Assembly: GCA_963796275.1 (NCBI GenBank)
Contig: CAWCKY010000004.1
Location: 896,001 to 960,000 of the forward strand
Source: an uncultured Acidobacteriota bacterium
GTDB lineage: Bacteria > Acidobacteriota > Blastocatellia > RBC074
Reading direction: 5' to 3'
Length of the DNA stretch: 64,000 bases
The notes beneath the pieces are model-generated. The model did no database searches. It saw only the letters and a program-made list of their open reading frames with translations, and was not told where the DNA came from. Below, in pieces: positions 52,961 to 64,000 of the stretch. The stretch's first letter is position 1; each line of letters begins with the position of its first letter. Position numbers and translations under genes: made by a program.

Positions 52961-53551
52961 TCACTCCTCCCCCGTCTTCTTTCTACCGACTCCGCTCCAA
53001 TCAATATCCATCTCTTTGGGAATACCGAATCGGCCGCGCAACTGGCCGATCTTTTCTGGATCGAGGGGGCCGACTACGTTGACGACGTATAGCTGTTTGG
53101 GATCGAAGACCAGAACGCTGACGCCGGCAATGACGCTGCCTTCAAGCATCAAATAGACCTCCGCGTTCTCACCATCTCGCTTACTGCGCACGCCGACGAC
53201 GCGGTTCCAACCGGGGGCACGCAGTTGTGTGCGGATCACTTCGAGGTCGGACTCGGTGAATTCACCTTCCTTGTCGAATTCGACCCCCTTTACAAAAACG
53301 CCTTTCAAGGTAGCGAGCAGTTCCTTTGCCATCGCCTCATCGGGATTGTCGGTCTTGAGAAATTTCGCTGCCATCTGCAAAAGCGAACTATCAACCCGGA
53401 CGTCGACCATCTGCGCCGCTTTGGGGAAGAGTTTATCCAGATGATCAATTTCCAGTCGGGCGTTCTGCGCGGAAACCGATGAGACCGTACTGAAGGTGAT
53501 AAAGAAGATTATGATTATCATCCTGACCGTGCCGAGTGTTTTAACAGTCAT
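52961..53551 (-). CDS. DUF4252 family exported protein (paralog of 50250)
   Basis: LKGVFVKGVEF, APGWNRVVGVRSKRDGEN. Confidence 0.8.
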   Translation of the reverse strand: MTVKTLGTVRMIIIIFFITFSTVSSVSAQNARLEIDHLDKLFPKAAQMVDVRVDSSLLQMAAKFLKTDNPDEAMAKELLATLKGVFVKGVEFDKEGEFTESDLEVIRTQLRAPGWNRVVGVRSKRDGENAEVYLMLEGSVIAGVSVLVFDPKQLYVVNVVGPLDPEKIGQLRGRFGIPKEMDIDWSGVGRKKTGEE

Positions 53552-53695
53552 ATTTCGCCTCCATTGGGAAATGTAGCGGTTGTCGGTTGCGATTGTATGT
53601 ATCGCTTCGGCCCGTTTCATCGGGCTTTCAGGTAGCGCCCGGTCGATTGTTCGTAAGAATTTTCGAGTACCTGACTACTACCTGACGGCTACCGG

Positions 53696-54073
53696 CTACC
53701 GAGGAGCCGGCGTGCCTGATACCTTTTTCTGCGCTATGTTGAGTTTTGCGCTGGCGATCTTCATCGCCAACATCACCTGCTCTTTGGCTCTTTCGCCTTC
53801 CGCGATTTCGGCTTGATACGCACGGTAGCGGTGCACTCCGATGGCCGCGCAGATCAATAGGACGACCGCCGCAAATGCACCCGCCCACTTCAGCTGTGCC
53901 GGTTGAAAAAATTCCACCAACCTCCGCCACCAGCGGCTCTCCGTTTCTCTCCGTTTCGCGTGGCCGGGCGCATTCGCGATGCGCGCCATCACGCGATCGG
54001 TGAAATCGGGAGAAGCATCATCACGTTGAAGAGCCCGCTTCAACTCATTCTCCAAATCGACGTTCATATTCAC
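53696..54073 (-). CDS. single-TM anti-sigma factor
   Basis: LENELKRAL..PDFTDRVMARI, one TM helix; GTGA overlap with the sigma gene. Confidence 0.75.
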   Translation of the reverse strand: MNMNVDLENELKRALQRDDASPDFTDRVMARIANAPGHAKRRETESRWWRRLVEFFQPAQLKWAGAFAAVVLLICAAIGVHRYRAYQAEIAEGERAKEQVMLAMKIASAKLNIAQKKVSGTPAPR

Positions 54074-54630
54074 ATGACCCCCAAAGATCTGCCCATCTTC
54101 TCTCTCAAAATTGCGAGCGAACGCCGCAGATGACTCTTGACCGTGTTGACCGGCATATCGAGGATATCTGCGATCTCCGCCGGATCGAGGTCCTCCTGAT
54201 AGCGTAGGGTGACAACCAGCCGCGGTCTTTCCGGTAATGTTGCGACGATTCGGCGCAAGGTGCTCTGCATCATCGCGTCCGGCCAGTCGAAGATCGAGAC
54301 CGGTTCGGGCGCCTCCTCGACGCTCACTGTCTTTATCCTGCGCCTGCGCGAGTGATCGATGCACCGATGTCCCGTCACTTTGCGCAACCAGAACTTCAGA
54401 TGTGCGCGCGATTCGATCGACCCGAGCTTCTGGTAAAGATGGAGAAAAACCTCTTGCGCCAGGTCTTCGGCGAGCGCCCTGTCGCGCAAGAAATGGCGCG
54501 CGATGCTGTAAACCATCGCCTGATGCTCGCGCACCAGATCGGCAAAGGCCGACTGATCACCGCTCTTTGCTCGCGTCAGCGTTTCTTCGTTCGCCTCGCA
54601 TGGCTGGGCTGCCGGTTCCGCCCCGTGCAT
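54070..54630 (-). CDS. ECF RNA polymerase sigma factor
   Basis: AEDLAQEVF, WLRKV, EIADILDMPVNTVKSHLRR; GAGGTG RBS. Confidence 0.93.
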   Translation of the reverse strand: MHGAEPAAQPCEANEETLTRAKSGDQSAFADLVREHQAMVYSIARHFLRDRALAEDLAQEVFLHLYQKLGSIESRAHLKFWLRKVTGHRCIDHSRRRRIKTVSVEEAPEPVSIFDWPDAMMQSTLRRIVATLPERPRLVVTLRYQEDLDPAEIADILDMPVNTVKSHLRRSLAILREKMGRSLGVM

Positions 54631-54960
54631 CGCCACCTCTTCTCTTTTTGCAATCAATTGATCATTTCGTCTTTCACTGGCCATTACGCACGGTAAGTGA
54701 CCGGAGAATGCAAAAAGTTTTAACCTTAATGAAAAAAACCGTCTTTTTCGCTGCCAAATGCTGCCAAATATAGATCGGCGAAAATCTGTTTCATCGGCGT
54801 CATCCGGGCTCAAATTTGCCGACATTTCTTTCCCGATTTGCTTTCCTATCGGTATGCTTGACGATATTGTAAACCGTATGCTAGGTTTGCCGTCCGGTGG
54901 CGATACCCCCTCTATTCAGGCTCTTTCTGCCCTCCGGAGACATTACCGAGGAAGGCGAAC

Positions 54961-56067
54961 TTGTCAATCAAACAACTCAAACTGACGGCGCTCAATCAAG
55001 CACATAAAAACCTGGGCGGAAGGATGATCGATTTCGGCGGTTGGGAGATGCCGATCCAGTATCCTGCCGGGACGATCGAAGAACATCTCACTGTACGGAA
55101 TGCAGCCGGTATCTTCGATGTCAGCCACATGGGAGAGATCGAAATCAACGGCCCGCAGGCTCTTGCGCTCGTCCAGCACATGACATCAAACGATGCGGCA
55201 AAATTGTCTGATGGACAGATTCAATACTCGGCCTTGACCTATCCGAATGGAGCTTTCGTTGACGATATCCTCGTCCATCGCTTCTCACGCGACCACTACT
55301 TTCTTTGCGTGAATGCGTCGAACAGCGATAAGGACTACGCGTGGATCGTGGGGAACGCGGCGGATTTCGATGCCGAGGTGAAAAACGCGAGCGCCGATTA
55401 CACGCAACTGGCGATTCAGGGCCCGAAAGCGAAGGACGTCCTGCAGCCGCTGGTCGATGTGGATATTGGTGCCTTCAAGTACTACTGGTTCGCGCGCGGC
55501 CGCGTCGACGGTATTCCTGCCATCATCTCTCGCACCGGCTACACCGGTGAAGACGGTTTCGAGCTTTACTTCGATCCTGCGGAATCGGAACGGATATGGG
55601 ACAGGATCCTGGAAGCAGGCAAGCCCCACGGTTTGCTGCCCTGCGGGCTGGCGGCGCGCAATACGCTGCGGCTCGAAGCCAAAATGGCGCTATACGGCAA
55701 CGATATCGACGAAACGACGACCGTGCTCGAAGCCGACCTGGGCTGGATATGTCAGCTTGGGAAAGGCGATTTTATCGGCCGCGATTCCCTGGTGCAGCAG
55801 AAAGAGGGGGGATTGTCGCGCAAACTGATCGGATTCGAAGTGATCGATAAAGGCATCGCGCGCGATCATTGTCCGGTTTTTATCAATGGCATAGAGGCGG
55901 GAGCGGTGACATCCGGAAGCCCGGCGCCGTTCCTCAAAAAAAATATCGGACTGGCGTATCTTCCGATCGAACATACTGCGATCGGAACCCGGTTCGTAAT
56001 CGAGGTTCGCGGACGCCAGCTTACGGCGGAAGTCGTGCGAACTCCGTTTTATAAACGAAGCAGGTAG
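54961..56067 (+). CDS. gcvT: glycine cleavage aminomethyltransferase T
   Basis: FGGWEMPIQY, FDVSHMGE, RTGYTGEDGFE, LRLEA. Confidence 0.97.
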   Translation: MSIKQLKLTALNQAHKNLGGRMIDFGGWEMPIQYPAGTIEEHLTVRNAAGIFDVSHMGEIEINGPQALALVQHMTSNDAAKLSDGQIQYSALTYPNGAFVDDILVHRFSRDHYFLCVNASNSDKDYAWIVGNAADFDAEVKNASADYTQLAIQGPKAKDVLQPLVDVDIGAFKYYWFARGRVDGIPAIISRTGYTGEDGFELYFDPAESERIWDRILEAGKPHGLLPCGLAARNTLRLEAKMALYGNDIDETTTVLEADLGWICQLGKGDFIGRDSLVQQKEGGLSRKLIGFEVIDKGIARDHCPVFINGIEAGAVTSGSPAPFLKKNIGLAYLPIEHTAIGTRFVIEVRGRQLTAEVVRTPFYKRSR

Positions 56068-56185
56068 TTTTCAGTGCTTATCCTGGTATTCGGTTTTCAG
56101 TATTCCATGGCCACCTCTAGTTATGGGAACTCGCTTGACTGAAACTGAAAACCCGAAATCTGAAAACTTAAGAAGAGAGGAAGCA

Positions 56186-56581
56186 ATGGCAGCTTATCCT
56201 GACGATTTACATTACACTAAAGATCACGAGTGGATTCGCGTGAGTGGCGGAACTGGCATAGTAGGCATCACCTATTTCGCCCAGGAACAACTGGGAGATG
56301 TCGTCCACGTTCAACTGCCACGCGTTGGTGAGAAGTTTTCGGCACACGACACATTCGGCGAAGTGGAGTCTGTCAAAACCTTCAGTGAACTTTTCACTCC
56401 CGTCTCCGGCGAGGTTGTCGAAGTCAATGAGGCGTTAACCGATTCGCCTGAACACGTAAACACCGCACCCTATGGAGATGGCTGGATGATAAAACTCAAA
56501 CTGGGCGATCCCGGTGAACTCGACGGCCTGCTCTCGGCTAGCGAATACGAAGATTTCATCGAATCGCAGAAAGAGGAATAA
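56186..56581 (+). CDS. gcvH: glycine cleavage H protein
   Basis: DHEWI, GEVESVK lipoyl motif, PYGDGW. Confidence 0.96.
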   Translation: MAAYPDDLHYTKDHEWIRVSGGTGIVGITYFAQEQLGDVVHVQLPRVGEKFSAHDTFGEVESVKTFSELFTPVSGEVVEVNEALTDSPEHVNTAPYGDGWMIKLKLGDPGELDGLLSASEYEDFIESQKEE

Positions 56582-56592
56582 AACTAAATAAG

Positions 56593-57987
56593 ATGCGTTA
56601 CATTCCTAATTCGGCCCAGGAGCGTGAATCGATGTTGCGCGAAATGGGCCGCAAATCAATCTCCGACCTTTTTCGAGGTATCCCCGATCACCTTCAATTG
56701 AACCGCCCGCTCAGACTCCCGCCCGCTCTCTCCGAAACTGAAACATTGAACTATTTCCGCAATCTCGCTGAAAGAAACGCCACACACCTAACGGGGCAGA
56801 CGGGGCAGACGGGGCAGACGGGACCACAAGTGGGCCAACGGATGGCCTCATTCCTGGGAGCGGGCGCCTATGATCATTTCATCCCGACGATTATCGACAC
56901 GTTGATCTCGCGCTCGGAGTTTTATACATCGTACACGCCATACCAGCCGGAGATCAGCCAGGGCACACTACAGGCGATCTTTGAATTTCAGACGATGATC
57001 TGCGAATTGACGGGGATGGATGTCTCGAATGCCTCGCTCTATGACGGCTCCACGGCAACCGCCGAAGCGGTGCTTATGGCCGAGCGCGTCACCAATCGAG
57101 CGAAAGTGGCATTGGCAGGAAACCTGCATCCCGAGTATCGCCAGGTTGTGGATACCTACATTCGCAATGCGGGGATCACTGAAATCACGCTGCCGTTCGA
57201 TGGAAAAACCGGCACTCTGAAACCCGACGCGGTAGCCGGATTGGCTGATGATGTGGCGGCGGTGATCGTCCAATCTCCCAACTTCTTCGGCAGCATCGAA
57301 GACCTGCAGCGGCTGGGCGAGATCGCACATAAAAAGGGCGCGCTTTTCGTCGTTGTGGTAGCTGAAGGGTTGAGCCTGGGACTGCTGAAAGCGCCGGGCC
57401 AGGCGGGAGCTGATATAGTCTGCGGCGAAGCGCAATCGTTCGGCATACCGCTTTCTTTCGGCGGCTCTTACTGCGGGTTCTTTGCGGTACGCGAAAAATA
57501 TCAGCGGCAGATCCCGGGCCGGCTCGCAGGTCAGGCGATGGATGCTCAGGGGCGAACGGGCTATGTGCTGACGCTCGCGGCGCGCGAGCAGCACATACGG
57601 CGCGAGAAAGCGACATCCAACATCTGCACCAATCAGGGACTCTATGCGTTGATGGCGACGATCTATCTTTCAACCCTCGGCCGCCGCGGCGTGCGAGAGG
57701 TCGCGCAACATAACGTGCAGAAAGCCCATTATGCGTCGCGGCAGATCAAGTCGATCAACGGATATGGGATCCGTTTCGCCGCCCCGTTCTTCAATGAATT
57801 CGTCGTAAGTTGCCCCCGCCCCGCGGAGCTGATCCTGGCGCGGCTGCAAAAGAAGAGAATAATCGGAGGTTTCCCCCTTTCCCGCTTCTTCCCGGAGATG
57901 AAGAACGAGATACTGGTGTGCGTGACCGAGACGACGACGAAAGCGGAGATCGATTCGCTGGTCGAGGCGTTGAAGGAGATCAAGTAA
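56593..57987 (+). CDS. gcvPA: glycine dehydrogenase subunit 1
   Basis: YTPYQPEISQG, NASLYDG, IRREKATSNICTN; carries a TGQ repeat insertion. Confidence 0.96.
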   Translation: MRYIPNSAQERESMLREMGRKSISDLFRGIPDHLQLNRPLRLPPALSETETLNYFRNLAERNATHLTGQTGQTGQTGPQVGQRMASFLGAGAYDHFIPTIIDTLISRSEFYTSYTPYQPEISQGTLQAIFEFQTMICELTGMDVSNASLYDGSTATAEAVLMAERVTNRAKVALAGNLHPEYRQVVDTYIRNAGITEITLPFDGKTGTLKPDAVAGLADDVAAVIVQSPNFFGSIEDLQRLGEIAHKKGALFVVVVAEGLSLGLLKAPGQAGADIVCGEAQSFGIPLSFGGSYCGFFAVREKYQRQIPGRLAGQAMDAQGRTGYVLTLAAREQHIRREKATSNICTNQGLYALMATIYLSTLGRRGVREVAQHNVQKAHYASRQIKSINGYGIRFAAPFFNEFVVSCPRPAELILARLQKKRIIGGFPLSRFFPEMKNEILVCVTETTTKAEIDSLVEALKEIK

Positions 57988-58095
57988 TAGCACGGAGCGG
58001 ATCGTTAGCAGGTCGTGAAGGGTAACACATTTTCCGGACCGACCTTCGTTATTGCCTTTGCGCCTACGGCAGAGGCGCCGGATCAGGCACAATTG

Positions 58096-58188
58096 AGCCC
58101 ACGAAGTGGGCGACAGAATAAAGCCCAGGGTGTACGAACCCTGGGTAGCGTACACCCTAGACACGCGAGCCCACGAAGTGGGCGATAG
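58096..58188. repeat. REP-like element between gcvPA and gcvPB
   Basis: GAGCCCACGAAGTGGGCGA x2 flanking CCCAGGGT..ACCCTGGG. Confidence 0.85.
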
Positions 58189-58335
58189 ACAATGATTTCA
58201 TAATGAATAGAAGATTTCTTCAGAATCCCATCCAGCGCCTCTGCCGGGGTGCAATGTGAGGGCGCACGGCGACCGGTGGCTCCGCTACGCTGGCTGGAAG
58301 GTGATATTGCAGTAACAGTCGAAGAAGGGGCATTA

Positions 58336-59847
58336 GTGATAAAGAAAGCAAGCATTCATATCAATCAAAACGAGGGGACGATTTTCGAACGCTCGCGTCC
58401 CGGCCGGATCGGTTACAAGCTTCCGGCGCTCGATGTCGAAGCGACGCCGATCAATTCAATGATCGACGAACAACTCTTGCGCGATGACGATCTGGCTGGC
58501 CTGCCCGAGGTCAGCGAGGTAGATGTCATCCGCCATTTCACGCGGATCTCGACGTGGAATTACGCGGTCGATTACGGGATGTACCCGCTCGGGTCCTGCA
58601 CGATGAAGTACAACCCGAAACTCAACGAACGGGTGGCGCGACTCGAGGGCTTCGCCGCCTCGCATCCATACGCGCCCGACGGTCTGGCGCAGGGCAACCT
58701 CGAATTGATCAGAGAACTGGAAGAGGCTCTCTCCGAGATAACCGGTCTGGATGCGGTCAGCCTGCAGCCGGCGGCGGGCGCGCAGGGTGAGATGACGGGC
58801 CTCATGGTGATACGCAAATGCCTCGAATCTCGCGGCTCCGCGCGCAAGCTCGTGCTCATCCCCGATTCTGCGCACGGGACCAATCCGGCGAGCGCGGCAA
58901 TCTGCGGCTATCAGGTGAAAACGATCAAATCGAACAGCAACGGCGCAATCGATATCGACAATCTGCGCGAGACCGTCAATGGCGATGTCGCCGCGCTGAT
59001 GCTCACCAATCCTTCGACTCTCGGAATGTTTGAGGAGAATATAGAAGAGGTCTGCCGCATTATGCACGATGCGGGCGCCCTCGTTTATATGGACGGCGCT
59101 AACATGAATGCGCTCGTCGGCATCGCACGGCCCGGCGATATGGGGATTGACGTCATTCATTTGAATCTACACAAGACATTTTCCACCCCGCATGGCGGCG
59201 GAGGCCCCGGCGCCGGTCCGATCGCCGTGACGAAAGAGCTCGAGCCATTTCTTCCCTTCCCGCGCGTGTGCGAAACAACGAGCGAAAAAGGCCAAAGCAT
59301 TCTGCGTCTCGACTACGACCGGCCGCAATCCATCGGTCGCGTCCGCGCATTTCACGGCAACTATTCCGTGCTGATCCGCGCATTGTGCTACATCATAACG
59401 CTCGGGCCCGACGGACTGCGCGAAGCAACGGAGACGGCCGTCCTCAACGCGAACTACATCGCCCATCATTTAAAGGAAGACTATGAGATCGCCTATGACG
59501 GCCGGCCCATGCACGAAGTGATCTTCAGCGATAAAAGACAGCAGAAGTTCGGCGTTTACACGCTGGATATAGCGAAACGATTGATCGATTACGGATTTCA
59601 CCCGATGACGATCTACTTTCCTCTGGTGGTCCCCGGGGCGATGATGATTGAGCCGACCGAGAGTGAGGGCCGTGAGGAACTCGACCTTTTCATCGATGCG
59701 ATGCGTTCAATCGCACGCGAAGCGATGGAAAACCCCGAATTGGTCAAAAACGCTCCGCATAATACGCGCATCGGTCGTCTCGATGAAGCCGCGGCGGCGC
59801 GTAAACCCGTATTGCGGTGGAGGGTGGCGACTGAGGAGGCGAGATAG
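58336..59847 (+). CDS. gcvPB: glycine dehydrogenase subunit 2
   Basis: PLGSCTMKYN, SAHGTNPAS, HLNLHKTFSTPHGGGGPG; GTG start. Confidence 0.96.
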   Translation: MIKKASIHINQNEGTIFERSRPGRIGYKLPALDVEATPINSMIDEQLLRDDDLAGLPEVSEVDVIRHFTRISTWNYAVDYGMYPLGSCTMKYNPKLNERVARLEGFAASHPYAPDGLAQGNLELIRELEEALSEITGLDAVSLQPAAGAQGEMTGLMVIRKCLESRGSARKLVLIPDSAHGTNPASAAICGYQVKTIKSNSNGAIDIDNLRETVNGDVAALMLTNPSTLGMFEENIEEVCRIMHDAGALVYMDGANMNALVGIARPGDMGIDVIHLNLHKTFSTPHGGGGPGAGPIAVTKELEPFLPFPRVCETTSEKGQSILRLDYDRPQSIGRVRAFHGNYSVLIRALCYIITLGPDGLREATETAVLNANYIAHHLKEDYEIAYDGRPMHEVIFSDKRQQKFGVYTLDIAKRLIDYGFHPMTIYFPLVVPGAMMIEPTESEGREELDLFIDAMRSIAREAMENPELVKNAPHNTRIGRLDEAAAARKPVLRWRVATEEAR

Positions 59848-59857
59848 GATAAAATGA

Positions 59858-59974
59858 AGTTTTCAGTTTTCAGTTTTTAGTAAATCGACAATTGATAACA
59901 CTGAAAGCTGAAACCGATCAGTTCAGCTAGATATTAACAGCGACTTGCGAACTGAAAACTGAAAACTAAAAACT
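59858..59974. repeat. inverted heptamer array
   Basis: (GTTTTCA)n ... (AACTGAA)n. Confidence 0.85.
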
Positions 59975-59983
59975 TAGAGATTT

Positions 59984-60451
59984 ATGGCAACACCGAGTCC
60001 ACTACATCCGCTATCGAAAGACGTTGCGGAACAACTTCGTGAGAGGATGCGGCGCATCCTGGTACGCCTGGATGAGATGCGCGCAATGGCATCGAGCCCG
60101 AGCGCATGGATTCCGCCGGTCGATGTCTGCGAAATGGATGAAGCGATATTGGTAAGGGTGGAACTGCCCGGTGTATCGCTAAGTAATGTGCGCGTGACGA
60201 TGCTTGATAACATGCTCAAGATCGAAGGGCGCAAAGACCGCGAGGCGCCGAATCAATACCCCGAAGCTGATCGGCCCATCCGCTTCATCTGCCTGGAGCG
60301 AAGCTACGGCAATTTCACCTTCAGCGTCGCACTCAACTGGCCGATTGAGGTGGAAAATATCTCAGCGAAGCTGGTCGAAGGCATTTTGCAGATACGATTA
60401 CCCAAGTCGCCGACCTGCGGCCGCGAGATCGTAATATCAATTTCCGAATGA
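59984..60451 (+). CDS. Hsp20 family protein
   Basis: WIPPVDV, VELPGV, ERSYGNF, GILQIRLPK. Confidence 0.92.
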   Translation: MATPSPLHPLSKDVAEQLRERMRRILVRLDEMRAMASSPSAWIPPVDVCEMDEAILVRVELPGVSLSNVRVTMLDNMLKIEGRKDREAPNQYPEADRPIRFICLERSYGNFTFSVALNWPIEVENISAKLVEGILQIRLPKSPTCGREIVISISE

Positions 60452-60459
60452 TCACAAAC

Positions 60460-62940
<2,481 letters not shown>

Positions 62941-63030
62941 CAATTGAATCAATCTTGGTTCATCTGGCAAATCTCCAATAAGCCATGGCCAGGCCACGGC
63001 TTATTTCTTTGCGCATATATCTATGCTCAT

Positions 63031-63468
63031 TCATTTCCGCTGATTACCGTATACTCGGATTTGATCGATCGTCTTGACAATTTCCGGGCGGACCTCGGCA
63101 GGAACCAATACGAGGAGATCAGAGAGCTTTTCCATGACATCGATCTTGAGCCCGTCAGGCCCGGACTTCCCGTCAAAGGCTTGGAGATGAATAAGCGCCA
63201 TCGTCACGGTATTTCTATCTCTTCCTTTTTCGACTAAAGTGTCGATTACATAATGCCATCCGGAAGTGTTTTCCCCTCTGGCGAGAGTCGCAGAGAGAGA
63301 TATCTGAATTTCCCTGCTCTCCATCTTCGGCAAGCGTTCGATCGCCTTCTCGATCCACTCGGTCTTGCCCCACTGCTGTAATGACTCGGCCGCCATACTA
63401 ACCATAAATTCGCGTGAGTCGTCCATGGGGTAGATCAAAAAAGCTGAATAGATTTCTTTGCATATCAC
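63031..63468 (-). CDS. hypothetical helical protein
   Basis: 145-aa ORF with a GGAG-like RBS; no recognised motif. Confidence 0.45.
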   Translation of the reverse strand: MICKEIYSAFLIYPMDDSREFMVSMAAESLQQWGKTEWIEKAIERLPKMESREIQISLSATLARGENTSGWHYVIDTLVEKGRDRNTVTMALIHLQAFDGKSGPDGLKIDVMEKLSDLLVLVPAEVRPEIVKTIDQIRVYGNQRK

Positions 63469-63769
63469 CTTTTCTCCAATTTACGGATTAGGGATTTGCT
63501 CGCGAATCGGAGCATATAAGGGGTTGGTATTATTGTGGCCCTTTGTTCATGATTCTGTTTTAATAAAACGTAGAAAATATGCCGTGATACCAAATGTGTA
63601 AAATTATTTTTGATTTACTTGAAGAGTGTCTGCGATTACGGCGAAGAAAAACAAGAGAAAACCAAAATACATTGATTGACAGAACATACACAAAAATAAT
63701 CAGGTTGATTACCGCAGCGCCACAATATTGAAAATAGAACAACTATCAGCCAGAATTCCGCTTCGTTTT

Positions 63770-64000
63770 ATGCCGCAGTACAAAGACAAGATCGAGCGGA
63801 TACTCGTCCGCGGAACCAACTGGATCGGCGATGCGGTGATGAGTACGCCCGCCTTGCAGCGTCTCCGCTCTTCCTTTCCTCAATCTCACATCACGCTGCT
63901 TGCCACCGGGCGAACGACCGCGCTCTTTGAGGATTCCCCGCTCTGCGATGAGGTTATCGAATACCGCCGCCGCGAAGAAGGCGTAGCTGCGGTCATCAAA
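63770..64000 (+). CDS. waaF: lipopolysaccharide heptosyltransferase II (GT9), truncated by window end
   Basis: ILVRGTNWIGDAVMSTPALQRLR. Confidence 0.85.
   Translation, partial: MPQYKDKIERILVRGTNWIGDAVMSTPALQRLRSSFPQSHITLLATGRTTALFEDSPLCDEVIEYRRREEGVAAVIK

Noticed and set aside
54840-54960. glycine riboswitch upstream of gcvT
   Set aside because: A GGAGA..CCGAGGAAGG fragment abuts the start codon, with no downstream CTCTCAGG aptamer half
63560-63742. 60-aa hydrophobic ORF
   Set aside because: AT-rich intergenic DNA upstream of waaF, with no clear RBS or motif

Overview
Bacterial chromosomal window; the gene content (carboxypeptidase-regulatory-domain TonB receptors, VWA and DUF4252 proteins, split gcvPA/gcvPB) suggests Acidobacteriota, possibly Blastocatellia-like (inference). 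It holds about 50 CDS. Core genes include a POT transporter, ALDH, ald, a sigma-54 activator, tonB, tRNA-Lys, rluD, gcvT-H-PA-PB, hsp20-lon and a partial waaF. Highlights: (1) an ~11.6 kb GntR-linked aromatic ring-cleavage cluster (GalA/DesB-like dioxygenase, GalB, GalC, plus amidohydrolase, SDR, DUF1932 oxidoreductase, TonB receptor and a MetE-like enzyme) bracketed by inverted copies of one palindromic element; (2) a 57-aa metallothionein missing from the ORF track, between hsp20 and a frameshifted ArsR/SmtB; (3) a GGG(G)CAA(A)C short repeat found inside genes in different frames and strands; (4) many inverted heptamer arrays and REP/MITE-like palindromes; (5) three apparent frameshifts clustered at 15-19.6 kb. 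No CRISPR array, rRNA, integrase or transposase was seen. All family assignments come from motif recognition by eye; no database searches were run.
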